From contig OZ251226.1 of assembly GCA_965240325.2 (NCBI GenBank), positions 124,001 to 188,000 of the forward strand: a stretch of 64,000 nucleotides of DNA, given 5' to 3'. Source of the stretch: Rebecca billardiae RCC1528. Its lineage: Eukaryota; Protista; Haptophyta. Position 1 is the stretch's first letter, and each line of letters opens with the position of its first letter. A program made the translations under genes and the position numbers. The notes under the pieces were generated by a model that was given only the letters and a program-made list of their open reading frames with translations, was not told where the DNA came from and did no database searches. This document shows positions 46,061 through 57,830 of this stretch, piece by piece.

Positions 46061-49000
46061 TCAGCTGCTGCTGCTCTTGGTCGAGACGAGCCAGACAAAG
46101 GTGGCCCACAGCAGCGCGAGGAAGGCGGCGGAGGCGACAGCCGGCCGCCTGGGCCCGCCCAGCTCGGCGTCAAAGAGCCAGCGGCGCGTGGCGAGCAGCG
46201 CAAACGCGGAGAAGCTGATGGCTGTGTACATGGTCACGCTGCGGGCGGCGGCAGGGCGGCGGCGGCAAAGGGCGCGTGAGGCGCGGCGCGGGCGGCGCCA
46301 GACGCGTGGCCGGTCGGGCCGCGCGAGCGCGCTGCGGGACCGCGCACACCGCGCGCGCCGGCCACGCGGCGCGCGCGGCGCACGCTGCGCGCACCTGTAG
46401 GCCAGATCGCCCGCGGGCACGTAGAACGCGCCGGTGGGGTGCTCGAGCGCGAAGGTCGGGTAGCGCTCGAGCCACTCCGCGTTCGGGCCCACAAAGCGCC
46501 AGTAGAGGGAGCCTGGGCGCACGCGCCGTGCGCGAGCGAGGCCAGCCGCGCGGGGCAGGCGCATCAGAAGGGGCGCGCGCGTGCCCCAGCGCGCACCCAG
46601 CGCAGACGCACCACCCGACCCCGCCCTCCCCCCCAGCGCGCACCCAGCGCACACGCACCACCCGACCCCGCCCTCCCCCCCAGCGCGCGCGCGCGCACCG
46701 AGCAGCCACGGCAGCCCCAGCCCCAGGTACACGTTCACGCTGTTGCTCCCCGTGATGTTGCCGATCGACGCGTCGGCGTCCTCGTCCTCGACCGCCGCCT
46801 TGCGCGAGGCGAACGTGTCGGGCAGCGACGTGCCGAGCGCGACGAGGGTGATGCCGACCACGAGGTCGGGCAGGCCGATGCAGCAGCCGAGCAGGCCGGC
46901 CAGGTCGCCCACCAGCGCGGTGACCAGGCCGATCACGCCGAGCGACACCCCGAAGCACAGCTTGCCGTTCAGAATCGCCGTCGGCGGGATGGTCGCCGCG
47001 AGCAGCTTCCACGGCAGTGAGACGTAGTGCACCGCCCCGAGCCAGAAGGCGGGTGACGAGAGCCAGCCGAGCAGCCCGCGCGGCGGCCTGCGGCCCGAGG
47101 CGTCCTCGGAGGACCTCGGCGCGGTCCACGCGTCCAAGAACTGCTCGCGCCACGACGCCGTCGCGAACGCGTCGCGGTACCGCTGCAGCGTGAGCATGTT
47201 CATCAGCCGCCGCTGCCGGCGGTGCGAGTCGCCGTCGACGGTCACGGTCGTGACCGCCTCGGACGCCGCCTCGACCGTCGCCTCCTCGGGGTCGCTCGGC
47301 GTGTGCACGTCCTCGAACTCGACCTTGAGCCCCGGGTCGTACACGCGCACGACGAACGAGCGCGGCTCGTCGTGGTCCTTGGGCTTGAGCAGCGGCACGC
47401 TGATCTCCGCCTGCGACTGGCCGTGCGCGAACGTGAGCTTGCCCGACACGGCCGTGTAGTCCTCGCCCGCGCGCGCCGAGAGGTCGGCGCACTCGTAGGA
47501 GACGGTGAGCGGGCCCGAGAGGCCCTGGTGCCGGTCGAGGATGACCGTCGCGCTCGGCTGGCCGAGCTTCGCCTTCACGTGGTCCCGCGCCGCCGAGATC
47601 ACGCCGGGCATGTCGTCATCAATGATCGTGATCGAGGTGGTGCTGTAGGGGCCGATCGTGCAGTTGGGCGAGCGCGCCGCGTCCTGCCCGACCGCGTGCG
47701 CGTCGATGATCTGCACCTTGAAGCTCTCGTCGTCCTCCGCGACGTCGTCGTCGATGATCTCCACCTCGATCCACTTCGAGTCCTCCGCCTGCTTGAAGAC
47801 CAGCGTGCCCGAGCTGATGCCCACGAAGTCCTGCCCCGCCTTGGCCGTGCCGTCGACCGTGCGGTACGTGACGACCACCGACACCGGGCCCACGTTGTCG
47901 GCGAGCGCGGAGCGGTCGAGCTTCACGCTCATGCGCACCGTGCCCACCGACTCGAGCACCGCCACCTTGGGCGAGGCGAACGAGACCCCGATCGACCCCG
48001 CCTCCGAGATCGGCTGCAGCACCAGCGTGCGCCGCCGCATCGACGTCGAGATTGTCGAGCGCAGACGGCCAGACGAGCCTGGGGCGCGGCGCGCGCGGTG
48101 CGGCGCGGCGCGGCGCGGCGCGGGCCGCGAGCGCGGCGAGCGCGGCGGCGGAGGTGGGCAGGCAGCGCGTCGGCGCGCGCGCGCGCGGGCCTGGGCGCGC
48201 GCGCGCGCACCCGAGAGGTTGCGCGAGATGTGGTGCACCTTGCGTGAGACAAAGCCTGTGTTGCCCTTGCTCGAGATCGCCTGGTGCGTCGAGATGCGGT
48301 AGTACGCGCGCGAGCTGTGCCGCCGCTTGGCGGAGCGCGCGGTGCGAAGCGCGACCTGCTCCACCGTCTCGTCCGACACGTCCCCGAACTGCACCACCAG
48401 GTCGTCCCGCACGCGCTGCAGGTGCTCCTTGTTGATGTGCCGGCCCGTCTCCACGTCGGTCGAGCCGATCAGCTTGGCGTAAGAGGCGTGCACGCGCGAG
48501 ATCATGCCCACGTCGACGGCGTACGCGACGAGCACGAGCACCGGGCACAGCGCGAGCGTCACCGCGCCCTCCCAGATCTCGATCTGGTCCGGCGAGATCA
48601 CGCCGAGGATCAGCCCGACCCAGAGGTACGCAAAGACGGAGAAGAAGCCGGTCACAAACAGCACCGCCGGGTCGCTCACCTTGCGCGTCTGGCTCTTGGG
48701 GATGGCGACGATGCACACGGCGGTGATCACGAGCAGGTTGAACGCCGCCGAGCCCACGATCGTCGCCGAGCCCAGCTCGCCCGAGTAGAAGCGGCGCGAG
48801 ATCAGCTCGATGCACGCGAGAAGGATCTCGGGCGCGGACGAGCCGAGCGCCATCAGCGTGAGGTTGGCGACGGTGGGGTTCCACACCTGCGAGCGGATCG
48901 TGCGCGTGCGGCCGTACACGCTCACCTCGTGCTCCGTCTCCTGGCTCGTGATCTTCTCGATCGACACCATGAACACGTCGGCGAGGATCGCGATGCCGAC

Positions 49001-49126
49001 AAAGCAGTACAGCGAGAGCGCCAAGTACACGATGGAGCGCAGCCAGTGCGCGACGTCGCTCTCCCACTCGAAGAGGGGCAGGAAGGTGCCGTGCCCGCCC
49101 GGCTCGCAGATGCGCACCTCGCCCAT
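46061..49126 (-). CDS. Na+/Ca2+ exchanger (NCX/SLC8) with two Calx-beta domains; introns 48079-48210, 46513-46698, 46239-46394
   Basis: Alpha-1 repeat VANLTLMALGSSAPEILL and IVGSAAFNLL; Calx-beta YRTVDGTAKAGQDF..EIIDDDVAEDDESF; alpha-2 repeat LVALGTSLPDTFAS and IGNITGSNSVNVYLGLG. Confidence 0.96.
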   Translation of the reverse strand: MGEVRICEPGGHGTFLPLFEWESDVAHWLRSIVYLALSLYCFVGIAILADVFMVSIEKITSQETEHEVSVYGRTRTIRSQVWNPTVANLTLMALGSSAPEILLACIELISRRFYSGELGSATIVGSAAFNLLVITAVCIVAIPKSQTRKVSDPAVLFVTGFFSVFAYLWVGLILGVISPDQIEIWEGAVTLALCPVLVLVAYAVDVGMISRVHASYAKLIGSTDVETGRHINKEHLQRVRDDLVVQFGDVSDETVEQVALRTARSAKRRHSSRAYYRISTHQAISSKGNTGFVSRKVHHISRNLSGARARAQARARARRRAACPPPPPRSPRSRPAPRRAAPHRARRAPGSSGRLRSTISTSMRRRTLVLQPISEAGSIGVSFASPKVAVLESVGTVRMSVKLDRSALADNVGPVSVVVTYRTVDGTAKAGQDFVGISSGTLVFKQAEDSKWIEVEIIDDDVAEDDESFKVQIIDAHAVGQDAARSPNCTIGPYSTTSITIIDDDMPGVISAARDHVKAKLGQPSATVILDRHQGLSGPLTVSYECADLSARAGEDYTAVSGKLTFAHGQSQAEISVPLLKPKDHDEPRSFVVRVYDPGLKVEFEDVHTPSDPEEATVEAASEAVTTVTVDGDSHRRQRRLMNMLTLQRYRDAFATASWREQFLDAWTAPRSSEDASGRRPPRGLLGWLSSPAFWLGAVHYVSLPWKLLAATIPPTAILNGKLCFGVSLGVIGLVTALVGDLAGLLGCCIGLPDLVVGITLVALGTSLPDTFASRKAAVEDEDADASIGNITGSNSVNVYLGLGLPWLLGARARAGGEGGVGWCVCAGCALGGRAGSGGASALGARWGTRAPLLMRLPRAAGLARARRVRPGSLYWRFVGPNAEWLERYPTFALEHPTGAFYVPAGDLAYRCAQRAPRAPRGRRARCARSRSALARPDRPRVWRRPRRASRALCRRRPAAARSVTMYTAISFSAFALLATRRWLFDAELGGPRRPAVASAAFLALLWATFVWLVSTKSSSS

Positions 49127-49464
49127 GGCGCGCCCGCGCCGCGCCTCGTCGGGGTGCCGACCCGCCCGAGCTCAGCAGCAGTCGCGGTCGAGCTGAGCTG
49201 CCATCGATGGGCGCCCGCCGGCAAAAAATGAGCTGCTGCCCTGCCCGCGCGGTTTTCGCCGAGCGCACGCAAGCTTGCGAGCGGGTTCAGGGCCTTGGCC
49301 CGTCGCCCGGGGTGGAGAGCTCTACAGCTCCGAGGCGAGCGCTTTCAGCTTTGTCCCGATCAGACAAGGGAGTGACTCCCTTCGGCTTGGATCAGACTTG
49401 AAGAAGTCCGGCTCGTCGTCATTTCTGGCTGCAACGGCTCAGGTCACTGTCTTCTTCACCACTC

Positions 49465-50088
49465 ATGGCGGCACCGACGATCGGGGACGAGCAGCCGGCA
49501 GTTGCGGCGGGCGAGGAGGACGCCGAGGACAACGAGCTGGGGGCTGATCTCGAGCGCTCCGCCGCGCTCCGCAAGCAGGTGGACGCCGTGCTCGAGGCCG
49601 CCTCCATCCGCGTGGCGCCCACGAGCGTGCCATCCTCCGTCGAGAAGCGAGCGGACGCGCTCGCGCCCTCACTCCCGCCGACCACCTCGGTGGCGGCGCG
49701 CGAAGAGCAGGTGGCGGCGAGCGCGCGGCAGCGCGGGGCGCTCCTGCTGCAGGCGGATGAGCTTCGGCGCCAGCACGAGTCCATCGACCTCGCTTCGGCC
49801 TGCGGTCAGGCCTACGAGAGCAACTCCGCCGCGACCGCGCGCTCGCAGCGTGATGCGGACGACAGCGCCGAGCGCGCGCTACGCAAGATCGCGAGCCTGC
49901 AGGAGGACTTCAAGGAGAAGCTGCGTCGCGATGGCGTCGACATTGAGGCATCACTCGATGATCTCGGCCTGCAGCGAGGGAACGCCGACGCCGCGATCTC
50001 GCGGCTGGGCGGCAGTGCCAATCGGTACACCACAGTGATGCAGGGGGCGCGCCAGGCGTTCGAGGCTGAGCAGCAGGCAGCGCACTGA
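49465..50088 (+). CDS. Hypothetical coiled-coil protein, 207 aa
   Basis: ATG start, E/A/Q/R/L-rich helical composition, divergent from NCX. Confidence 0.65.
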   Translation: MAAPTIGDEQPAVAAGEEDAEDNELGADLERSAALRKQVDAVLEAASIRVAPTSVPSSVEKRADALAPSLPPTTSVAAREEQVAASARQRGALLLQADELRRQHESIDLASACGQAYESNSAATARSQRDADDSAERALRKIASLQEDFKEKLRRDGVDIEASLDDLGLQRGNADAAISRLGGSANRYTTVMQGARQAFEAEQQAAH

Positions 50089-50379
50089 GGCTTCGTCATC
50101 GCGTAAAAGGCTTACTGTGACATGATGATCTCGAAGCCGGCCTACTGCGACGCAGCGTCGTGCCTAGAGAGCTAGAGAGAGAGCAGAGAGACGCTGACGA
50201 TATTATAATATATATATGACCGCGTTCCGCGGTCCTTCCGTAGAACCAACGCAGTTAGGGGCCCGCGGTGCACCCTCCGTCGGCTGCTGTCTCAGTCGGA
50301 CATGTGTAACAGTTCGTTTGCCTCGGAGCTGCCACCGCCACAACTCAGTTACCGCCCACCGGGCCGGCGGGCCGAGGAC

Positions 50380-51460
50380 TGTCGCCGGCGGGCCGCCGCG
50401 CGGGGAAGCGGCCGCCGCGGGGCGGCGCGCGCGCGCAGGCAGGGCGATAGGCGCCGCGCGGCGCGGGCCAGCGCGTGCGCGCGTGCGGGCGCACAGTCTG
50501 CTTGACGTGCTCGCGCGGCGCCATGCGCTCGACGACGGGCCGCTGGTCGCTCACTCAGCCGGCGCACCTCGTGCCGGCAGACGGAGCGAGAGCGCGCGCC
50601 GCGCAGTGCTGCCCCGGCCTGCGCTGCCGGCAGCCGCGCACCGAGACCGAGCGGAGCTCGGGGTGGAACGAGGCGAGCGGCGCGTCGCGCCTGCCGCCGC
50701 GCGTGCGCGCCTGCTCCACCGCGCCGCCGTGCTCGCCCGCCGCCTCCTCCGCCGCGTCGGCCTCGAAGACGGCTGCGGCGGCCCGAGCCAGCGGCACGGG
50801 CTGAGCCCGTGCGCGCTGGCGCCCGGCGCCGATCGCCTCGACGGCCGTCTACTCCACAGCTGGCTGCTCGAGCTGCTGCACGGGGCGTCGCGACGAGGGC
50901 GCCACGCGCGCCCAGCGCGTCCGTCTCCGCGTCGCGCAGCGCGTCGAGCTCGGCGCCGCGCTTCGCCAGCTCGGCGCCCAGCGCCTCCGCACTCGCAGTT
51001 GGCATGCGCGAGCGTGCTCAAGCTGCTCGCGTGTGCCGCGTGTGCACTGGGCGCGGCGGCGGGTGCGCTGTGCGCCGCCGACACGTCCGCAGCGCGCGCC
51101 GCGCTCGGCGCCGCGCTCGGCGCGCTGCACGCCGCGGGCGCGGGCGGGCGCGCGGCGGCGTGGGCACGAGGGCTGTCCGTGCTGTGCGCGGAGCTCGGCG
51201 CCGCCGGCGCGGGCGCGTGCCACGCGGCGCTGCTCGAGCTGCCGGCGGGTGCGCAGCTGCGCGCGCTCGGCGGGCTGCTCGGCACCGCGCTGAGCGCCGC
51301 GCGCCCGCCCGCCGGCGCCACGCCGGCCGGCGCGCTCTGGCGCCGTCGCGCTGTTCCGCGAGCACCTGCGCGGCGCCGCGCTGGCGGAGGCGCTGGCGCA
51401 CGGCGGCGGCGCGGACGACGAGGAGGATGAGGAGACGATGAAGATGAGCAGGGCGAGGGC
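50380..51460. pseudogene. Disrupted coding-like sequence with protein-like stretches in several frames
   Basis: Coding-like GC pattern; segments such as SVLKLLACAACALG..QLRALGGLLG and LFREHLRGAALAEALAHGGGADDEEDEE lie in different frames and I found no coherent splice path. Confidence 0.3.
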
Positions 51461-53621
51461 GGCGGACCGTGGGCCGGCACGCCACACGTCTACCGATGAT
51501 GCTCGGGCGCCGAACGAAGGCCAGCGCCAGAACGCATATGCCTGCGGGTTGAAGGCCAAAGCTCCTTTCGCCCGCTCGAAAGTGAAGGTTGTCTCGTTTG
51601 CTGTGTGCTGATTGGTGGTCTTCTTTCTATGGGTCGTAACCAAGCCGCTGCGTTTTTGTCAATAGCAAAGTTGGCATGGGCGAAGAGCAAACATCATAGT
51701 AAATGCGTGAGTGATTCTCGGTTTTCGAGTCTCTCCGCTCGCTGCGCGCTGATTGGTCGTTGTGCAGCTAACCCAAGGTTTTTAGTACACAGGTTGGTAG
51801 GAGTTGTGTTGTGTCGATATGGAATTGTGGACATAGAATGCTGAGCGTTTGACCAATCAACGTCTCGGAAAAAAGGACGAAACATGACTCACACGTGTGA
51901 GTACTCCCGATCTCCGGGAGATATGGCCATTTCCGCCCACTGGGGTCATTCAGGTGCAAAGTTGAGTAATTTGGCAGCGCGCAATAAAGGTTCGTCGTTA
52001 GTAAAGTTGAGCACTTGACGAAGACTTTTTGCCAGGAGCCCAGGACCTCCAGCGCACGCGCTGGGTCCTCGTCCTATTTGGCAATATGCTATGAAGATTT
52101 ACAACAAATCGCAGATTCGTTCACCCAGATATACTGACAAATGCACGTCCGTCCATCGACATATGCGAAATGGCCCGGGCGCGGCTATTTCGTCAATCGC
52201 GTCTTGCTAATGCAGAGCAATGGGCGAATGTACCCCTCGAAAAAGCGAAAACTCACCCTCCAACAGCCCTCAAAATCGTCCCCCGTCCCCTTTTCTTTGA
52301 TCAAAAGATCGGCTTTTTGACAACGTAGTGAGGGCCCCCGGCGGGGCTCCACGCTACGCGCTCCGCCCTGCACCGCGGGCCATTATATTGAATTTGATCA
52401 TCATCATGATGAGCAGCCGTTATTATTATTGCCTGCTACTTAAATAATATTATTCATTTATTGGCGTAATATATATATATGGCGTACGTTAACTCAGTTA
52501 GGTCTCCGCGGGACCGGGGGCACCGTGTCCGCGTGACGACCGTGGCACTGGCCCGCGATCCCGCGTGGCGGCGTGGGCCTCAGGTCGCGGACGGAGTCAC
52601 TACGACACTAGTCAGGTCGCCCAGTGGCAGTGCCAGGCTGCCTATGGCCGCAGTATGGGCCTCCCTGGGCCTGGGGGCGGGGCCTAACTGCTCCCGGTCC
52701 GGAAGTTCTACTGATGATGTGAGGACGACGAATCCCGGGAATCGCGAACGCCGCCACGCGGCCGTGCCCGACGGTCACGAAGCCCGTGGCAGTGGGCGTG
52801 GCGCTCGGTCTGAGAGTGAGACTGGCAGCCGTGGGGCCAGTGCCCAGTGGCAGTGCGCGCGCCGCGGCAGACGCCTGTCGGCCTGAGCGCCGACGGCGCG
52901 ATAAGTCAATCGACTCAATCGGCGACGATAAGTAATAACTAACTTTAATACTATTATAATATATATATATATATCATGAACGGACACGGTCCCGCTCAAG
53001 GCCGCGCTCAAGCTTTACGATCGCGGTGCAGGCTATGCTCTGCCACCAACGCCGACTTCGTGTCGACGATCGCGGGCACTGCCGCCCGGACGAACTCATC
53101 GACATCAGGAGACCCGCGTCGCGTCGAATCCTACCTGTGTCGGTAAATCATCATATATATAGACATATAGAATGGGTCCGAAGCAGTCGGCACTTCACTG
53201 CTCATCATGATCTGATGAGTCGGCCGGCTATGCAAATTGCAAGTCTCAGCTCGTGCTCGAGTCCGCCGGCGGCGGGCCGGAAACCGCGTCCGCGCGGCTG
53301 TGACGTGTGTACGCGTTACTACGTCCGGTACGTCACGTACGATTACGAATAAGCCTTATATGAGTGATGCCGCGTCGGACGATGCGCGGCCATGAATCAC
53401 TGCTACTCGCTCGTCACACTCACTCGGTCGGATGCGCGCGATAACAGTTAACACCGGACACTGACCGCGCCGCACTGGCGCACTTCCCTCGGAGTAGACC
53501 TGCAGCCGTATATATATCATACACCGTGCGGGCGATGATCTCATGATGATGATGCTGATGCCATCATCAATCAGTATCACAAAGTCACAATGCGGTGAGC
53601 GGGGGACGACGCGCCGCGGGA

Positions 53622-56135
53622 TCACATGGCACCGCCGCCGAGCTGAGCCGCGGGCGAGGCGAGCAGCGCCGTGACCGCGTCGAGCAGCCCGCGCCCGCTC
53701 GACGAGAGCTCGAGCTCGGGCTGCGCGATCTTGGTCTTGAGCAGCTCGTCGAGGTGCAGCCGCGTGTCCAGGATCAGCTCCTCCACGCGCCGCGGCACGC
53801 GGAAGCGGATCCAGTGGTCGACCGTGAGCACGACCGTGTCGTCCGAGCCGCCGCCGCCGCCGCCGCCGCCGCCCTTCTTCTTGCCCGCGCCGCCGCGCGA
53901 GCGCGCGGTCACGCGCGCGCCGCCCTCCGAGCGCAGGTCGCCGCCGAAGAGGATGAGCGCGTACGGCGAGACGGGCGCGCAGTCGCGCACGTACACCGGG
54001 CCCGAGGTGCGCACCTTCTCCGCGTACACGAGGAAGCGCGAGCCGAACGACCCCACGCGCGCGTTCACGGACGACGGGTGCAGCTGCACGGGGACCGGCT
54101 CGGCGCTCGCGGCCTCGTGCACGACGAGCTTGGGCGGCGCGCCCGGCTTGGGCTTCGCCTTGCGCCCGTCGGCGTCGGCCACCATCGCGAGCTGCGGGTA
54201 GAGCGCCGCGCAGAGGAGCGACTTGAGCAGCTCGCCCGTCGCGCCGTCGAGGTCGTCGTCCGCGTCGTCGGCCGCGTCGGCACCGTCGACCGCTCTGCCC
54301 GCGCCCGCGCCCGCGCCGGGCTCGGCGGCGCGGCGCGCGCCGGGCGCGCCGCCGCGCAGCGCGGCGCGGCAGCCGTCCGAGCCCTTCTCGCGCCGGCCCA
54401 TCGCCTCGACCTCGCGCGAGCGCAGCCCGGGCCGCACGAAGCGCGCCTCGCTCAGCAGCTCGAGCAGCTGCCGCTTGAGCTGCGCGATCGACTGCAGCGT
54501 GCGCACGGACAGGAAGCTGTCGCGCGCGAGCGCAAAGCGCGCGGGCCCCGCGCGGTCGAACTGTGCGTACGCGCGCAGCACGGTGAGGTGGTCGGACTGC
54601 CCCGCGCTGAACGAGAGCTTCGCCGCGTCCGCCTCGGCGCGCTTCTCGTACGGCGAGAGGAAGGGCGAGCGCAGCGAGAGCGTCGCGGCGATCGTGAGCG
54701 CCGGGTCGGCCACGCCAAAGATGGAGCCGAGCAGCAGCAGCTTGCCGATGCGCACGTCCACGGGAAGGCGCGCGAGGTGGCAGCCGAGCGCGGTGAGGCG
54801 CTCGGCGGGCTGGGCGCACCCGCCGGGCTCGTCGCCGTCGTCGATCTCGAGCGCGTCGAGCTCGACGAGCTCGGCCACCGCGCGCGCCACCGCGTCCGCG
54901 GGCGGCGGCTCGAGCAGCCGCGCGCACACGTGCGCCGCCCTCATCGGGTAGCGCAGCGCCTTGATGGTTAGCACGAGCCGGTCGAGGGGCACTCGGCAGA
55001 TCTCAGGCAGCTGCTGCGCGGGCAGCGCGTGCGCGTGCGCGTGCGAGGTGAAGAGGTGGAACGCGACGCCGGGGCGCACGCGCCCCGCGCGGCCGCGCCG
55101 CTGCTTCGCGTTCGCGCGCGAGACGGGCACTTCATCCAGCGCCTCCATGCGGCGCGCGGGGTCGAAGCGAGTTTCTTTCATCCGGCCGCAGTCGATGACG
55201 ACGCCGACGTCGTCGATCGTGATGGCGGTCTCGGCGATGTTGGTCGCGAGCACGATCTTGCGCGCGCCGCTCGACGGCGGCGGCCGCTCGAAGACGCGGC
55301 GCTGCTCCTCCGGCGGCAGCGTCGAGTGCAGCGGCAGCAGCCACGAGCGCTGCGGCTCCGCGCCCATCCCCGGCCCTTCGAGCAGCAGCTCGTGCAGCGC
55401 TTGGATCTCCTTCAGCCCAGGCAGGAAGATGAGCACGGCCTCGCCGTCGCCAGGCGCGAGCGGCGGCGCCGCGCGCGTCGAGGCGGCCGGCTCCGCGGCC
55501 GCGGCGGCGCCGGCGGCGCGCGCGTGCGCCGGCGGCGCCGTCGGCTCCGCGCGCCGGCCCGCCGCGGCGGCAAGTTGCTCCAGGGACGCCATGGCCGCCT
55601 GCACCGGCTGCGCGCGCACCCAGTGCACCAACTGCGCGACCAGCTCGTAGTTGATCGCGCTCAGCTCGAGCGCGGCGAGCGCCTCGTGCGTGCGCCGGCC
55701 GTGCGCGGGGTACCGCGCGCCGAGCTCGGCGAGGCTGAGCTCCGCGTCCGGCCGAATGTCCGGCGGCGCGCCCGCGCCAGCCCAGAGCCGGGAGCCCAGG
55801 CCGCCGCCCGCGCGCTCGGCAGCCGGCAGCTCGGCGCGCCCCGCGGGCTGCGCGGGCGGGAGCGCGCCCGCGCCGCGCCCGCCGCCGCGCCCGCCGCCGC
55901 CGCCGCCGCCGCCTGCCGCGTCGCGCGCCCGCCCCGCGTCCGGCTTGCGCGCCCAGTCCGCGCGCGGCCGCACCCGGTGGCCCGTCAGCTCGAGCGCGTC
56001 CTCGAGGAAGAGGGAAGTTACCGGGAAAGTTCGCCCCGGGATCGAGATGACGGGGGCGGCCGCGGGGTGCGAGGGGGGCGGGGCGGGGGCGGGGCTCGCG
56101 GCAGCCACGCCGGCGCCACCCTTCTTCTTCCGCCC

Positions 56136-56166
<31 letters not shown>

Positions 56167-56220
56167 TCGCCGCCCTGCTGCGCGGCCCGCGGCGCGGGCT
56201 GCGCCGCCCCCGCGTGCGCC

Positions 56221-56294
<74 letters not shown>

Positions 56295-57311
56295 TCCAAA
56301 GTAGGCAGCAAACAGGCCGGTGTCGAGCGTCGCCGACATGAGGATGAGCCGGAGGCTCGGCTGCGCGCGCAGGATGTCGCGGAGCACCATCAGCAGGAAG
56401 TCCGACTCCATCGAGCGCTCGTGCACCTCGTCCACGAACAGGTGCGTCACGCCGCGCAGACGCTCGCTCCCGCCGCCGCCGCCGCCGTCGGCGCCGGCGG
56501 GCGCGTGCGCCGCGTCCGCCTCGTCGGCCAGCCTGCGCATCAGGATGCCGGTCGTGCAGAAGACGAGGCACGTCTGCGCGGAGACGCGGCTCTCGAGCCG
56601 GATCGAGTACCCCACCACGCCGCCCACGCCCTCGCCGCGCTCCGCCGCCACGCGCTCCGCAACGCCCATCGCAGAGATCCGGCGCGGCTGCGTCACGACG
56701 ATCGAGCAGCGCTCGCCGCGCGCCGCCGCGTCCTCCAGCACGTACTGCGGCAGCTGCGTGGACTTGCCGCAGCCCGTGTCGCCCTCGACGACGACGACCT
56801 GGTGCGCGCCGATTGCGTCGAGCACGCGCTGCCGGTACGCGAACGCGGGCAGCGCCTCGCGCTGCGCCCGCAGCGGGTTGCCCGCGGGCGGCGGCGGCAC
56901 TCGCAGCCCGCCGCCGCCAAAGCCGCCGCCCTGCGGCGCGCGCCGGCCGCGCCGGCGGCTCGGGTCGTTGTCGTCGGCGTGCGGCGTGGGCTCGAGCGCC
57001 TCGACCTCCGCGCGCGCCACCGTGCCCACCTCGTCGTACTCCGTGTACACCACGTCGAGCACCTCGCCGCCCGCGTGCACGCGCAGCACGCGCGCGTCGA
57101 ACCAGCCGCTCTCCTCCTCGTCCTCGTAGTACGCGCGCACGCGCTGGCCCGGGTGGAGCGGCGTGACGAAGTGGGCCTTGGCGCCGAGGCTGGTCTCCTG
57201 CAGCGCCGAGCGGATGCTCTCCTCGCTCGTCTCCGCCATCCCCACCGCGACCGCGCCGCGCTCCGCTGGCTGCTTGGGCGCGCGCGGCGCCGGAGACGCG
57301 CCCGCCTGCTT

Positions 57312-57343
<32 letters not shown>

Positions 57344-57644
57344 AGTTGGGCGCGTCGCCCCCCGGCGCGGGGCCACCTGCCCCGCCGCGCGCACGCCCGC
57401 GCGCGCCGCCGCGCCCGCCGCCTCCGCCGGCCCCGCCGCCACCGCGCCCTCGCGCGCCGCCGCGGCCCCTCCCTCCGCCGCCGCCGCCGCCGCCGCCCGA
57501 CTTGCTCTGCACGAGTCGGCCGTTGACCCAGTTCCCAAAGTTGAGCGGCAGGCCGGTGCGAGGGTCGCGCACGATCCCGCCGCCGCCGCCGCCGCCGCGC
57601 CCGCCGCGCGCCCCGCGCCCGCCCCCACGGTTCGAGCCGCCCAT
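53622..57644 (-). CDS. DEAH/RHA RNA helicase (DHX57/DHX36/DHX29-like) with N-terminal RGG region and Tudor domain
   Basis: GDTGCGKSTQLPQ, TQPRRISA, DEVHER, MSAT, LIFLPG, ATNIAETAITIDD, QRRGRAGRV, HA2 and OB domains; Tudor-like PGQRVRAYY..GWFDARVLRV..VVYTEYDE. ATG at 57644. Confidence 0.95.
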
Positions 57645-57830
57645 GCGGCAGGTGACGACGTGCGTGCGCAGACGGGCGATGCGCCCGCGGATGCAGGCCT
57701 CCACGATGCCGTTCGTCAAAGTGCGTGCGCGGCGTCAAGGCTGGAAGCTGCGCCGACGACGACGGTTGGTCGAATCAAGGGTGTCGTCGAATGGTCGCCT
57801 GGTACTTGCACAAGTATCCGAAGCGGCGCG

